Below, one piece after another: positions 47,500-56,116 of a stretch of 64,000 bases of DNA. Positions within the stretch are counted from its first letter, which is position 1. The number at the start of each line of letters is the position of its first letter. This stretch comes from Terriglobia bacterium. GTDB lineage: Bacteria > Acidobacteriota > Terriglobia > UBA7540 > JAPUME01. The notes beneath the pieces are model-generated. The model searched no databases, was not told the DNA's origin, and saw only the letters and a list, made by a program, of their open reading frames with translations. The position numbers and the translations under genes are program-made. The stretch lies in assembly GCA_965222885.1 (NCBI GenBank), contig OZ244973.1, positions 3,845,664 through 3,909,663 on the forward strand, read 5' to 3'.

Positions 47500-48103
47500 T
47501 CCTTGTCCGCATAATGCAGCACTACGTCCCGCCTTGGTCTCCCGGGTGATAGCGAAAGTCGCTGAACATGGGAGAGCGAACAGGTCAGGGTTGGAAAAGA
47601 ACCTTGATGCCTTTGCCTTGGAGGACATGATGACAGGACAGTTCTTTTCGTAAGTGTGTCCAAGTGTCATCTTAGCCGGAGGGAAGCCTCCCAGACTGAG
47701 TACGCCCACTTCTCCCTCGACCCAGCATTCTCCACCCCTAAAAACCGCACCCAACACAACTCACGACGTGAATCTGGGAAATCGCCTTTTTATCGGGTAC
47801 TGGCGACTATTCAACATTGAAGTTTTGGCCACACGACCAAAGCTTCGAGGTGCAGATTTTCCCCTGGGATTGATTATTTCTTCAGGAACCATCGAACACC
47901 TCTGCCAGGGTGTAAAATTCATTCCTCTTCGCCTCCGATTATCTGCAATGGCAGGTTCATCGCCGAGGGAACGAAAGCCCGGCTCCTCGGGCGGGCACAT
48001 GCGCGGTCCGGCCGGGAGTGGACTCGAGGGGTTTCCGGCAAGAGCGGGATCGTGTAGGCTATGCGAAGGACCGGAGCGACACGCCGACCGGAGATGCCGA
48101 AGC

Positions 48104-48583
48104 ATGGAGATTCCCGATCTTGAAAATGCTCTGCGCCTAATCCGGGAATTCAATCCCCTAGAGCGGGTGCTGCTCACGACGACGGGAACACTGCAAGGAG
48201 CGCTTTCGGCCTACTTCGGCACGCCTATCGAGGTCCGCGTGACGGCGCAGTCGGAGCCGGCCCCGGGCCGGCTTCTGCGGGAGGTGCGGCTGGTCTGCCC
48301 GGAGAACGGGCTGGAGGCGTGCCGCGCCACAACCGAGATCACCGTCGAGCGGGAAGATGTCAAGCGCCTGATCCTCGAGGGCCGGCACGGCCTGGGTCGC
48401 ATTCTGGCCGTTTGTGGCCTGTCTCCGCTGTTCAATCTGGAGGAGATCGGCCGGCAGGAGACCACATTCTGGCGGCGGTACCGGCTGGAGGCCCCCGGCG
48501 TCCTTTACCGCATCCGCGAAGAGTTCCCTCAGTCGCTCTACTCACTCGCGGCTCTCACCCACCCCCCGCAGACCTCTTCCTAA
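48104..48583 (+). CDS. chorismate-pyruvate-lyase-like (DUF98) protein
   Basis: LERVLLTTTGTLQGALSAYFGTPIEVRV resembles the DUF98/chorismate lyase N-terminal motif. I chose ATG 48104. The ORF is open from 47654, but that part is not protein-like. Confidence 0.6.
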   Translation: MEIPDLENALRLIREFNPLERVLLTTTGTLQGALSAYFGTPIEVRVTAQSEPAPGRLLREVRLVCPENGLEACRATTEITVEREDVKRLILEGRHGLGRILAVCGLSPLFNLEEIGRQETTFWRRYRLEAPGVLYRIREEFPQSLYSLAALTHPPQTSS

Positions 48584-48671
48584 ATGGGTGGACCCAGTTA
48601 GGAACTGCCGGACAGTTTGCACCAGGATGAAGCAAGGTAGGTGAAGGCGAAGGGAGGGCGCAATCGGGAGA

Positions 48672-49850
48672 TTATGTCACCGCTTGACTCCGGGCATGGG
48701 GTTGGGCTTTGCCCGAATGATAGGCCGGCACCCCTCCCAGGATGAGGGATTGGATGCGTAATTGACCCGGCCCAGACCTGAACACCACCAGATTTGCCGG
48801 CTGGCCTTCGGCCACCTCCGAGCAGGTCTCGCCGCGCGGAAGCAACCGCGAGGGATTGGTGGTAACGGCACGAATCGCCTCCCCCAACGGCACCTGAGCA
48901 AATTCCTGGAAGACGGATACCGCCCGATTCAGGGTCAACGCGGAGCCGGCCATGCAGCGCCGGTCCTCCGTGACAACCTGCCCGGTGGGTAAAAGTTCGA
49001 TTCTTTCGCCCAGAAGGGAGTACTTTCCCGGACACAATCCCGCTACGTACACCGCATCGGAAACCAAAAGGCACCCTTCCGGACCCTTCATGCGAGCGAT
49101 GATTTTGAGGAGTTCGGGAGGAAGGTGGAATCCATCACAGACGAGGCCGGCACGCAAACGATCGCTCGCGAGTTGCGCCCACAGAGGAGCCCGGTGACGA
49201 TGGATCAGTTCCGGACACCCATTCCCCAGATGGGTGCTGAGTCGGGCGCCGCATTCCGCCGCGGCGTGAATCTGCTCCGGCGTCGCGTCCGTGTGACCCA
49301 GCGCTACGACAACGCCGGCCCCCCGGGCACGGCGAATCAGGTCCAGGGAACCGGGAAGTTCGGGAGCAAGCGTCAGAATACCAATGCGGCCTCCGGCAGC
49401 ATCCTGGAGCTTTGCGAATTCACTCCAGTCGGGAGGACGCATCAGGCCGGGGTTGTGGATGCCCCGCGCTTCGCCAGGAGAGAGGTACGGTCCCTCCAAG
49501 TGATAGCAGGGGACCGATCGCGCAAAGTTCGGGTCCAGCCGCCGGGTCTCTTCCAGTACACTGAAGTTTCGGATGAGATTTTCGTAGGAGTTGGTGATCA
49601 AAGTAGGACAGAAGGCGGCCACGCCGGTTTCCCACAAGGACGGCAGGATACCCATAGCGCTTTTAGGGGTTAAATTCGGATCGGAGAAATCGACGCCCGC
49701 GAAACCGTTGAGCTGGATGTCAATGAAACCCGGACTGACAAAAGGCTGGTCGTCCACGCTAGGCCCCAACATGAGAACCGAGTCAATCCGCTCACCCTCG
49801 ATACGGATTTCCGCATAACCCTGATCCGGAATGTTGGCCCTGAACTGCAT
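48672..49850 (-). CDS. nagA: N-acetylglucosamine-6-phosphate deacetylase
   Basis: The blocks PGFIDIQLNG, YHLEGPYLS, LAPE, GHTDA and THLGNG are NagA amidohydrolase metal and substrate motifs. Confidence 0.9.
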   Translation of the reverse strand: MQFRANIPDQGYAEIRIEGERIDSVLMLGPSVDDQPFVSPGFIDIQLNGFAGVDFSDPNLTPKSAMGILPSLWETGVAAFCPTLITNSYENLIRNFSVLEETRRLDPNFARSVPCYHLEGPYLSPGEARGIHNPGLMRPPDWSEFAKLQDAAGGRIGILTLAPELPGSLDLIRRARGAGVVVALGHTDATPEQIHAAAECGARLSTHLGNGCPELIHRHRAPLWAQLASDRLRAGLVCDGFHLPPELLKIIARMKGPEGCLLVSDAVYVAGLCPGKYSLLGERIELLPTGQVVTEDRRCMAGSALTLNRAVSVFQEFAQVPLGEAIRAVTTNPSRLLPRGETCSEVAEGQPANLVVFRSGPGQLRIQSLILGGVPAYHSGKAQPHARSQAVT

Positions 49851-49921
49851 CTTCTTCGGTTCTTTCCTCGCGAAGGGCCTCGGGTTGGGACGTCGTCAGA
49901 TGATTCAACGGCCACGGCGTC

Positions 49922-51646
49922 TTACATTCGAAACAACGCCCATACCGCTGCCACCAGTGCAACCGCCAGCGCCCAGCCAATTCCCAGGCCGCCCAGATCG
50001 AGGCGATAGGCTTTCCAGAAACCGACCCCGCAAGCAGCCCGGCGCAGGTTCAACAGATTCACGAGCAGCAACTGCCGCCCCTGCTCCGCCGTGGTTCGGG
50101 AAGGCTCGGCGGCCTCGGCGCGAACCTCCGACTTCTCGGGCACCGTCTCGGAGGAAATAGAGACCGAATCCGCCGGGGAATCCGAGGGAGTTTGCAGTCG
50201 CGCCCGGAAGGAGGTCAACTCCGTTCTCGGCTCCGGAGAGGTGAACCAACTGACGACGACCAGGCTTGCGAAACCGGCCACAAGAGAAGCGAAAAAAACG
50301 TTCGGGTCCCAGTGGTCCAGCCGTTCTCCGCGTTGGTAGTAGAGGGCGAAGTTGGTCGTGATCGACGTGACCAGACTGGCCAAGGCTCCCCAGCGATTGG
50401 CTCTCGGCCAGACGATTCCCGCCAGGATACTGATGCCCATGTAGGTGGCCATGGTCTCGGTCAACAGGAAAGAATAAAGAACCTTATCGATCAAGAAGAT
50501 CGCATAGATCACGCCCACGAGCGCAATCAGCAGTCCGCTTACCCGTCCCACCCAAAGGTAGTGCGGATCGGCTCCTCTCCCGAAGACGTGCCGACGATAA
50601 AACCCTTGCGTAAACAGCGCGCCGCTGTCCACCATGAACGCAGAACAAGTGGACATGTTCGCTGCCATGATGCTTGCAATGAGCAATCCCAGAGCGCCGG
50701 AGAAAAGCAGATGGCGGCAGGCGAATCCGAAGGCATCTTCGGGGTCTGCCAGCGACGTGGTGCCGAAACTTCCCTGCGTCACCAGCACCGCTACCATGAG
50801 TCCCACTACGGCCCAGCCGACCGTGCAAAACCGCTTGAGAAAATTCCCGTAGAGAAAACCTGCGCGACAGGTGGCCTCATCTTTGCCGGTCCCCACCGCG
50901 GCCAGCATGTGGGGTTGCGCCATGATGCCCACCAGCCCATTGACGGTGAGCATGGCGATAAACCAGAGACCGATTCCTTCCGGTGTTGCCAGAGAGAACT
51001 GATGGGCTTCAAGCGACGCCTTCATGCCTTCCATGCCGCCCACCGCTCTCCAGCCCAGCGGAATCAACATAAAGGAGAGAGTAATGATTAAAAAGCCCTG
51101 GAAAAAATCCGTCCAAGCGGTGGCCACCAACCCGCCAACGAAACTGTAAAGAACAAAGATCACCGCCATGGCGACGACCACGGTATTCACGCCCAGTTCG
51201 CCCCCGGTGGCTTGATTGATTACTTTTCCAGCCCCCTTCAACATGCTGGCCGTGTTAATGGTCAAGTAGGCAAGGGCAAACAGGACGTAGATGCCTCCCA
51301 TCCAGGGACCAAAACGGTCTTCCATGATCTCCGCGATCGTGGTGCGGCGGACCCGCCGGAAAACCGGCGCCATGATCCAATAAAAGGGGGTCGCGAAGAG
51401 GTTCTTCCAATGGTACCAAATTCCCGAAAACCCGACGGTGTACACCGCGCCGGCAAGGGAAACCGGCATCTCGGCATGGGTCCCGATGCCGAAACTCTGC
51501 CCGATCATCAAGAGCCTTCCGAAGCGACGCTTGCCCAGAAAGTAGTTTCCCGTGTCGCGGACCCGCCGGCTGGCCGCGATCCCGATGGCGATGGTGATCG
51601 CCAAATAAAGGGCGATGACGAACCAATCGATAATGTGGATCTGCAT
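49922..51646 (-). CDS. sodium:solute symporter family transporter
   Basis: The 574-aa product has about 13 TM segments and an SSF-type N-terminus (DWFVIALYLAITIAIG...YFLG.R). It lies between nagB and nagA. Confidence 0.9.
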   Translation of the reverse strand: MQIHIIDWFVIALYLAITIAIGIAASRRVRDTGNYFLGKRRFGRLLMIGQSFGIGTHAEMPVSLAGAVYTVGFSGIWYHWKNLFATPFYWIMAPVFRRVRRTTIAEIMEDRFGPWMGGIYVLFALAYLTINTASMLKGAGKVINQATGGELGVNTVVVAMAVIFVLYSFVGGLVATAWTDFFQGFLIITLSFMLIPLGWRAVGGMEGMKASLEAHQFSLATPEGIGLWFIAMLTVNGLVGIMAQPHMLAAVGTGKDEATCRAGFLYGNFLKRFCTVGWAVVGLMVAVLVTQGSFGTTSLADPEDAFGFACRHLLFSGALGLLIASIMAANMSTCSAFMVDSGALFTQGFYRRHVFGRGADPHYLWVGRVSGLLIALVGVIYAIFLIDKVLYSFLLTETMATYMGISILAGIVWPRANRWGALASLVTSITTNFALYYQRGERLDHWDPNVFFASLVAGFASLVVVSWFTSPEPRTELTSFRARLQTPSDSPADSVSISSETVPEKSEVRAEAAEPSRTTAEQGRQLLLVNLLNLRRAACGVGFWKAYRLDLGGLGIGWALAVALVAAVWALFRM

Positions 51647-51765
51647 AGGGGTTCAAAGCCTCTTCGAGAATTGGGGACGGGCTGGGAAAAGCTGCCGTGC
51701 CGCCTTCCGGCCGGCGTGGATTTTCAGCCTTGAGAAGAGCTCTCCCGAACGCTTCCCTGAGCCCG

Positions 51766-52572
51766 TTAGCGCTCGCTCTCCTTAAACTCGGAGAGCAACG
51801 CAGCCGAGTCGAGATCCAGGAAGATATTGGCGGAAGAATGGGACCGCACCCGCGAGGCCGGGCAATCGGTCGAGACCGGATTTTCCAGCGCGTTGCGGGT
51901 TACTTCGGCTTTCCGCGCCTCCGGAACGCAACAGATCAGATGCTCGGCGTACATCAGGGTGGGGCAAGTCAGGGTCAGCGCTTCGCGAGGCACGGCTTCG
52001 AGCGTCGGGAAATGACCTTCCCTTAACTGCTGGTGGCGGCACCGCTTATCGAGATCGACTCGCTTGACTCGCTGCCGGTCCTCGAAGTCGGCAACGTGAG
52101 GATCATTAAAGGCGATGTGTCCGTTTTCTCCGAAACCCAGAAAACACGCATCCATCGGCGCTGCCCCGACCAGCTCTCCATAACGTCGGCACTCTTCGTC
52201 CAAGTCGGCAGCGTCGCCCTGCAGATAGTGCACCGGACCCGGATGCACCACATCGGCCCACCGTGTCTTCACCCATCGACGGAAACTGGCCGGATGGCTT
52301 TCCGGCATACCGACGTATTCGTCCATATGAAAGGCTTCCACACATCCCCATTTCAGGTCCGGGAGTTGAGTGAGAGTCCGCACAAAGTCGATTTGCGAAT
52401 TTCCCGTAGCAATGATAACCCGCGCCCGCCCGCGCCGAGAGATGGCGCGCTGCAGGATTCGACCCGCCTGCACCGCCGCGGCATAACTCATATCCGATTT
52501 CGTCGGATAAACCTGAACCACGGCCTGTTCAACGGGAAAAACATCCAGTGGCGGGTTCATAATCGCGATCAC
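51766..52572 (-). CDS. nagB: glucosamine-6-phosphate deaminase/isomerase family protein
   Basis: The blocks ATGNSQ, FHMDEY.G and LGFGENGHIAFNDP are NagB/6-phosphogluconolactonase family motifs. Confidence 0.85.
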   Translation of the reverse strand: MIAIMNPPLDVFPVEQAVVQVYPTKSDMSYAAAVQAGRILQRAISRRGRARVIIATGNSQIDFVRTLTQLPDLKWGCVEAFHMDEYVGMPESHPASFRRWVKTRWADVVHPGPVHYLQGDAADLDEECRRYGELVGAAPMDACFLGFGENGHIAFNDPHVADFEDRQRVKRVDLDKRCRHQQLREGHFPTLEAVPREALTLTCPTLMYAEHLICCVPEARKAEVTRNALENPVSTDCPASRVRSHSSANIFLDLDSAALLSEFKESER

Positions 52573-53079
52573 TCTCCGGCGAAGGTTACCTTGTAGATTC
52601 CAGATTCACAATTTTGGGCAGAGATCCGCCGCCCGACTTCTTCCAATCCTTCCCACCGGACGCACGCGCGGCAGGAGCAATGGGAGACCGATGCCCAGCC
52701 CATCTGGGCCACAGATTCCATGGCCTTTTGTCTTTGCGAAACAAAGGATACACCAAAAGCACAGGGAAAGCGAAAGTGACTGAACTGATTGATATAAAAC
52801 AAGTTACAATAGTGAAGGAGAGTCCGCCATTCCGGCGCGTTCTGCGACTGTCCAATAAGCCTTTGTACCATAAGGAACTATCGAACCAAGTAGGGCTTGA
52901 TCGTTCCAGCGCGTTCCGGTAGTTTCCACCATTTGACGGCGGAAGAAATGGTGGAAGCGATAATGGCGGACGCGACAAGCCCGCCGGCGACACCACGCTC
53001 CCCGTCTGCCGCGACCTTGAATACCCGTTGTCCGTGCGGCTACAATGACGCGTGGCGTGGGAACTCTAGGGAGTGCGAC

Positions 53080-53721
53080 ATGGCCTTCGAAAAGTTTGTT
53101 CGAACTAGGGTCGCCAACCGGAGCGACCCGATTGCTTCACTGAGTAAATCCCATGTCATTTTTAATGCGGTGGCCGCACGTCTGGCACAACTACCAAGTA
53201 AATCAAACGTAATCTACCACATTGAGGAGGAAAGCCGGAAAGTCGGATTTGAATTTACAAGCGACGCAGTCGATAGATCCAGTTACGCGATTTTCTCAAA
53301 AAAGGGGAGTAACGTCTTTCGCAGTTCTATCGGCGAGGTCTGTAACCGCTACCCGTGGGTACGGTCTGTAGCTCTGCTTCGAGATTCTGAGGATCGAAGA
53401 TTCCAGATGAAACCCGAGGCTAAATTGTGGGTGATTCAGTTATGCCCAGCCTTTGAGCATTCTGTCGAGTCAATTTCGGATGTGCCGGCGGATGCTAAAG
53501 GAATTTACCAATACCTCGATACAAGAGGCGAGATCATCTACATTGGAAAAGGAAATATTCGCCAACGCCGTGCAGACCAAGGACGTGATGATTGGAGAAT
53601 TTCGCGCATTCAATATTCTATTGTCAATGGTGACGATAAACAATACGAATGGGAACGTTATTGGATTGAAAAGTACAAAGAAAAACACGACGGCAATCTC
53701 CCACCCTTCAATCGAGTGTGA
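53080..53721 (+). CDS. GIY-YIG nuclease domain protein with unrecognised ~140-aa N-terminal domain
   Basis: The C-terminus KGIYQY..(9)..IYIGKGNIRQRR....EWERYWIEKY....NLPPFN carries the GIY, YIG, Arg, Glu and Asn positions of GIY-YIG nucleases. A GGGAG RBS precedes ATG 53080. GC content is low relative to the flanks. Confidence 0.75.
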   Translation: MAFEKFVRTRVANRSDPIASLSKSHVIFNAVAARLAQLPSKSNVIYHIEEESRKVGFEFTSDAVDRSSYAIFSKKGSNVFRSSIGEVCNRYPWVRSVALLRDSEDRRFQMKPEAKLWVIQLCPAFEHSVESISDVPADAKGIYQYLDTRGEIIYIGKGNIRQRRADQGRDDWRISRIQYSIVNGDDKQYEWERYWIEKYKEKHDGNLPPFNRV

Positions 53722-53880
53722 GTGGCATTGCGGTGTGATGTTGACCTTCGGGGTAACCGCGCCCTGGTCGGCCGCCTTCTCGGGCATCGCCTTAATGCCA
53801 CTATGGCAGGCTACGCCCACCTTGCCGACGACCATCTTGTCGAGGCCGTCGAGCAGGTAGGTACGATCATCGCCAAGGCA
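53722..53880 (+). pseudogene. tyrosine recombinase (phage integrase) C-terminal fragment
   Basis: LRGNRALVGRLLGHRLNATMAGYAHLADDHLVEAVEQV matches the LLGH...T..YAH catalytic-Tyr end of integrases. No N-terminal part is present. The fragment starts in frame directly after the GIY-YIG TGA. Confidence 0.55.
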
Positions 53881-53970
53881 ATGAGTGTTGAAAGGGAGTT
53901 GCGCGAATGTCGTCCTGATGGACTCAGAAATCTCAATCGAGTGAAGGATCATTCAGGTTCAGGGTTCCTG

Positions 53971-55758
53971 CTACAATGCCCTATAGTAGTCTCGAATCTT
54001 GGCAGCCATGAGCTTTCTGCGCTGTTGCAGAAACGTATCGTAGCTTGCTGTCTCCATCCCTGGTGGAATACAGTGGACCGCGAGATTCTCTCGCAATTGG
54101 TCGGCGTCCGTTATCCCTCCGTATCGGGTGGCCCCGTTCTCACACTGCTTCCATAATGCTTGAAAGTAGGTTGCTGGTGGATCACCGCCAATCGCAATGT
54201 TGATTTCGCTCTGCATGACGACATAGTTGGCGATCTGATTGTAGCGACTGCGCGGAAGGCCCTTCGTATCCTTCAGATAGCCGCGCGGGAAAACGTGGTG
54301 TATATGCCATAAACCCTCAAGAAGGTTCTGTACAGTAATGTCGCTTGAGAGGAAGCCCTTGTCGTTCACCTTTACCTGGCTTGCCAGAAAGACGTTGAAA
54401 TAGGGACTGCTGGCGACCGATGTATCCATTTGTTGCGGCAGCCCCACCTCCCAAAAGGCGTCTGAGAGATCCGCCCGCTCTATTTCCTTGAGGTATGAGG
54501 CCGCGCCCTGTTCATCAATATGGCGAATATCGACGCCAAAAGTGGTCTCCGGCGAACTGGTGTATCTTCCTGTCAGGATGGACATCACGAACCACCGACG
54601 CACTAGCGTTTCAATCTGGGCGGGATTCTCATGCTGAGCACGCAGCGTCAGATATAAGATATAAGCAAAGTTGGCGGTGTTCTGGGATCTGATCAGAGAT
54701 TTATCCATAAACCCCGCTGAGCGCAGAATCATGATAAATTTCTTAAAGTTGTTTTCATTCATGTACCTACGAATCGCTCCATCGAGCCTGCGAAAAGATT
54801 CCTCCGCAATGGTTTCCTCAAACGCGCGCGTCTCGAAATTGCGACCCGAGAGCAAAGCGACCAAATCATCCAAGCGCCCGCGCTTGAACTCTGAGGTAAA
54901 AGCCACACGAAGCATGTCAGTGTAAGAAGGGTCGTAAAGGTCTTCCTTCTCACGCTTCAGCCAATCCATTGCACGGAAATAGCTCGTATTGACGAACTCA
55001 TCATCCTTGGCTAGGTCGCCATACGCTTCCGGCGCAATGGCCAGATGACAGAAATAGTCGATACATTTGCGGAGTTGGTGACCCTTATACTTTTCGCTGG
55101 CAGCCATCTTGGACATGGCAAAATCCGCCGCGTTTAACGCAACACCCTGAGAATTGATGCGGACGAAAATCTCCGAGACGGTCTCCACCTCCAAGTCGGG
55201 GTTCAGGTCGATCAAGCCGAGGGAGTTGTGATGGATATTTTGAAGGCGCCCGATGCTATCGAAGATGTCGTCCTTGTCCGCCCTTGGGTTCTTCTCGCAG
55301 TAGTCGTTCACCATGCGATTTATCTTAGAGTCCGGATCGAATACGGTGGCGATGTCGGCAAGCCATCCCCGGTCCCGGCGTATAGCGGGGTTGGTCACCT
55401 CAAACCGTTCCTCGCCGGGATGAAAGGCTATCGCGATGCGTCTCTTCTTATAGTCTTTGTCAACGGTCTGCCGACCAAGCAATGCAGCCAGAAGCGCCGT
55501 CACGCGCTGCTGACCGTCGATCAGGATACGCTTGCCGGCTGACAGAGTGCCGTCCTTCAAGCGGACATCCGGGTTCTGCCAGGCGATGAGATATCCCACT
55601 GGGTAGCCGCGGTAGAGCGAGTCGATGAAATCGCGCACCTTCGCCGCGTTCCAGACAAACGGGCGCTGGATCTCGGGAATGGCGATTTGACCGAACTTGA
55701 TCCAGGCCAGTAGGATACCGATAGAATGCTGATTGACCGAATATCGTTGAATGGGCAT
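53971..55758 (-). CDS. DUF262/DUF1524 protein (GmrSD-like type IV restriction family)
   Basis: The N-terminal ParB-like block IPEIQRPFVW...DGQQR is the DUF262 signature. The C-terminal H..HVFP....N..N.V....N block is His-Me-finger-like, as in DUF1524. I chose ATG 55758, which has a GGAGGA RBS. An alternative ATG lies at 55770. Confidence 0.9.
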   Translation of the reverse strand: MPIQRYSVNQHSIGILLAWIKFGQIAIPEIQRPFVWNAAKVRDFIDSLYRGYPVGYLIAWQNPDVRLKDGTLSAGKRILIDGQQRVTALLAALLGRQTVDKDYKKRRIAIAFHPGEERFEVTNPAIRRDRGWLADIATVFDPDSKINRMVNDYCEKNPRADKDDIFDSIGRLQNIHHNSLGLIDLNPDLEVETVSEIFVRINSQGVALNAADFAMSKMAASEKYKGHQLRKCIDYFCHLAIAPEAYGDLAKDDEFVNTSYFRAMDWLKREKEDLYDPSYTDMLRVAFTSEFKRGRLDDLVALLSGRNFETRAFEETIAEESFRRLDGAIRRYMNENNFKKFIMILRSAGFMDKSLIRSQNTANFAYILYLTLRAQHENPAQIETLVRRWFVMSILTGRYTSSPETTFGVDIRHIDEQGAASYLKEIERADLSDAFWEVGLPQQMDTSVASSPYFNVFLASQVKVNDKGFLSSDITVQNLLEGLWHIHHVFPRGYLKDTKGLPRSRYNQIANYVVMQSEINIAIGGDPPATYFQALWKQCENGATRYGGITDADQLRENLAVHCIPPGMETASYDTFLQQRRKLMAAKIRDYYRAL

Positions 55759-55816
55759 GAATTCCTCCATTGAGACCTACGTTCTCGCCCATGGCGTTGC
55801 CAACCGCGACGACGGC

Positions 55817-55915
55817 GGCGACTCGCGCTCGCACGTCGGAGGTCGGTGTATCTGCGCCACCGGCCAGCACCTTGAGAACCGGGAGCATGAGCGATTGAAA
55901 ATCAGGGACAGGCAC
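55817..55915 (-). pseudogene. Mrr_N-type restriction-protein N-terminal remnant
   Basis: MPVPDFQSLMLPVLKVLAGGADTPTSDVRARVA matches the start of Mrr-family winged-helix N-domains. Similarity is lost after about 33 aa, where the DUF262 gene begins. Confidence 0.4.
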
Positions 55916-56026
55916 GGCTTCAGATCAATCCTTCGTTCTACGGTAACAATCTGGAATGTGACCCTGGTGAGTATCGTTCAATACTCCATACAACATACTG
56001 TTTATCCATTGTTGACTCAAATTCGT

Positions 56027-56116
56027 TGGCGGAGGGAGAGGGATTCGAACCCCCGTCCCGGTCACCCGGGAAACGGTTTTCAAGACCGCCGGTTTCAACC
56101 GCTCACCCATCCCTCC
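56027..56116 (-). tRNA. tRNA-Ser (anticodon UGA), CCA encoded
   Basis: I folded it by hand: acceptor GGAGGGA/TCCCTCC, anticodon stem GCGGT/ACCGT with loop CTTGAAA, long variable arm CCCGG-GTGA-CCGGG, T-arm GGGGG-TTCGAAT-CCCTC, discriminator G plus CCA. A perfect TATAAT lies 45 nt upstream on the same strand (56166-56161). Confidence 0.9.

Noticed and set aside
47581-47610. SRP-RNA-like motif (CAGGTCAGG..GGAA..)
   Set aside because: The resemblance to the 4.5S helix-8 core is only partial. The sequence folds as a plain 9-bp hairpin with a 7-nt loop, without the conserved asymmetric loop or the flanking helix 5.
47654-48103. 150-codon N-terminal extension of the DUF98 ORF
   Set aside because: DUF98-type similarity begins at Met 48104. 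The upstream part is Arg/Gly/Pro-rich and crosses an AT-rich stretch that looks non-coding. I treat it as leader or intergenic sequence.
50192-51091. 299-aa plus-strand ORF
   Set aside because: It is antisense to the SSS transporter. Its charged, low-complexity sequence is inconsistent with a real protein.
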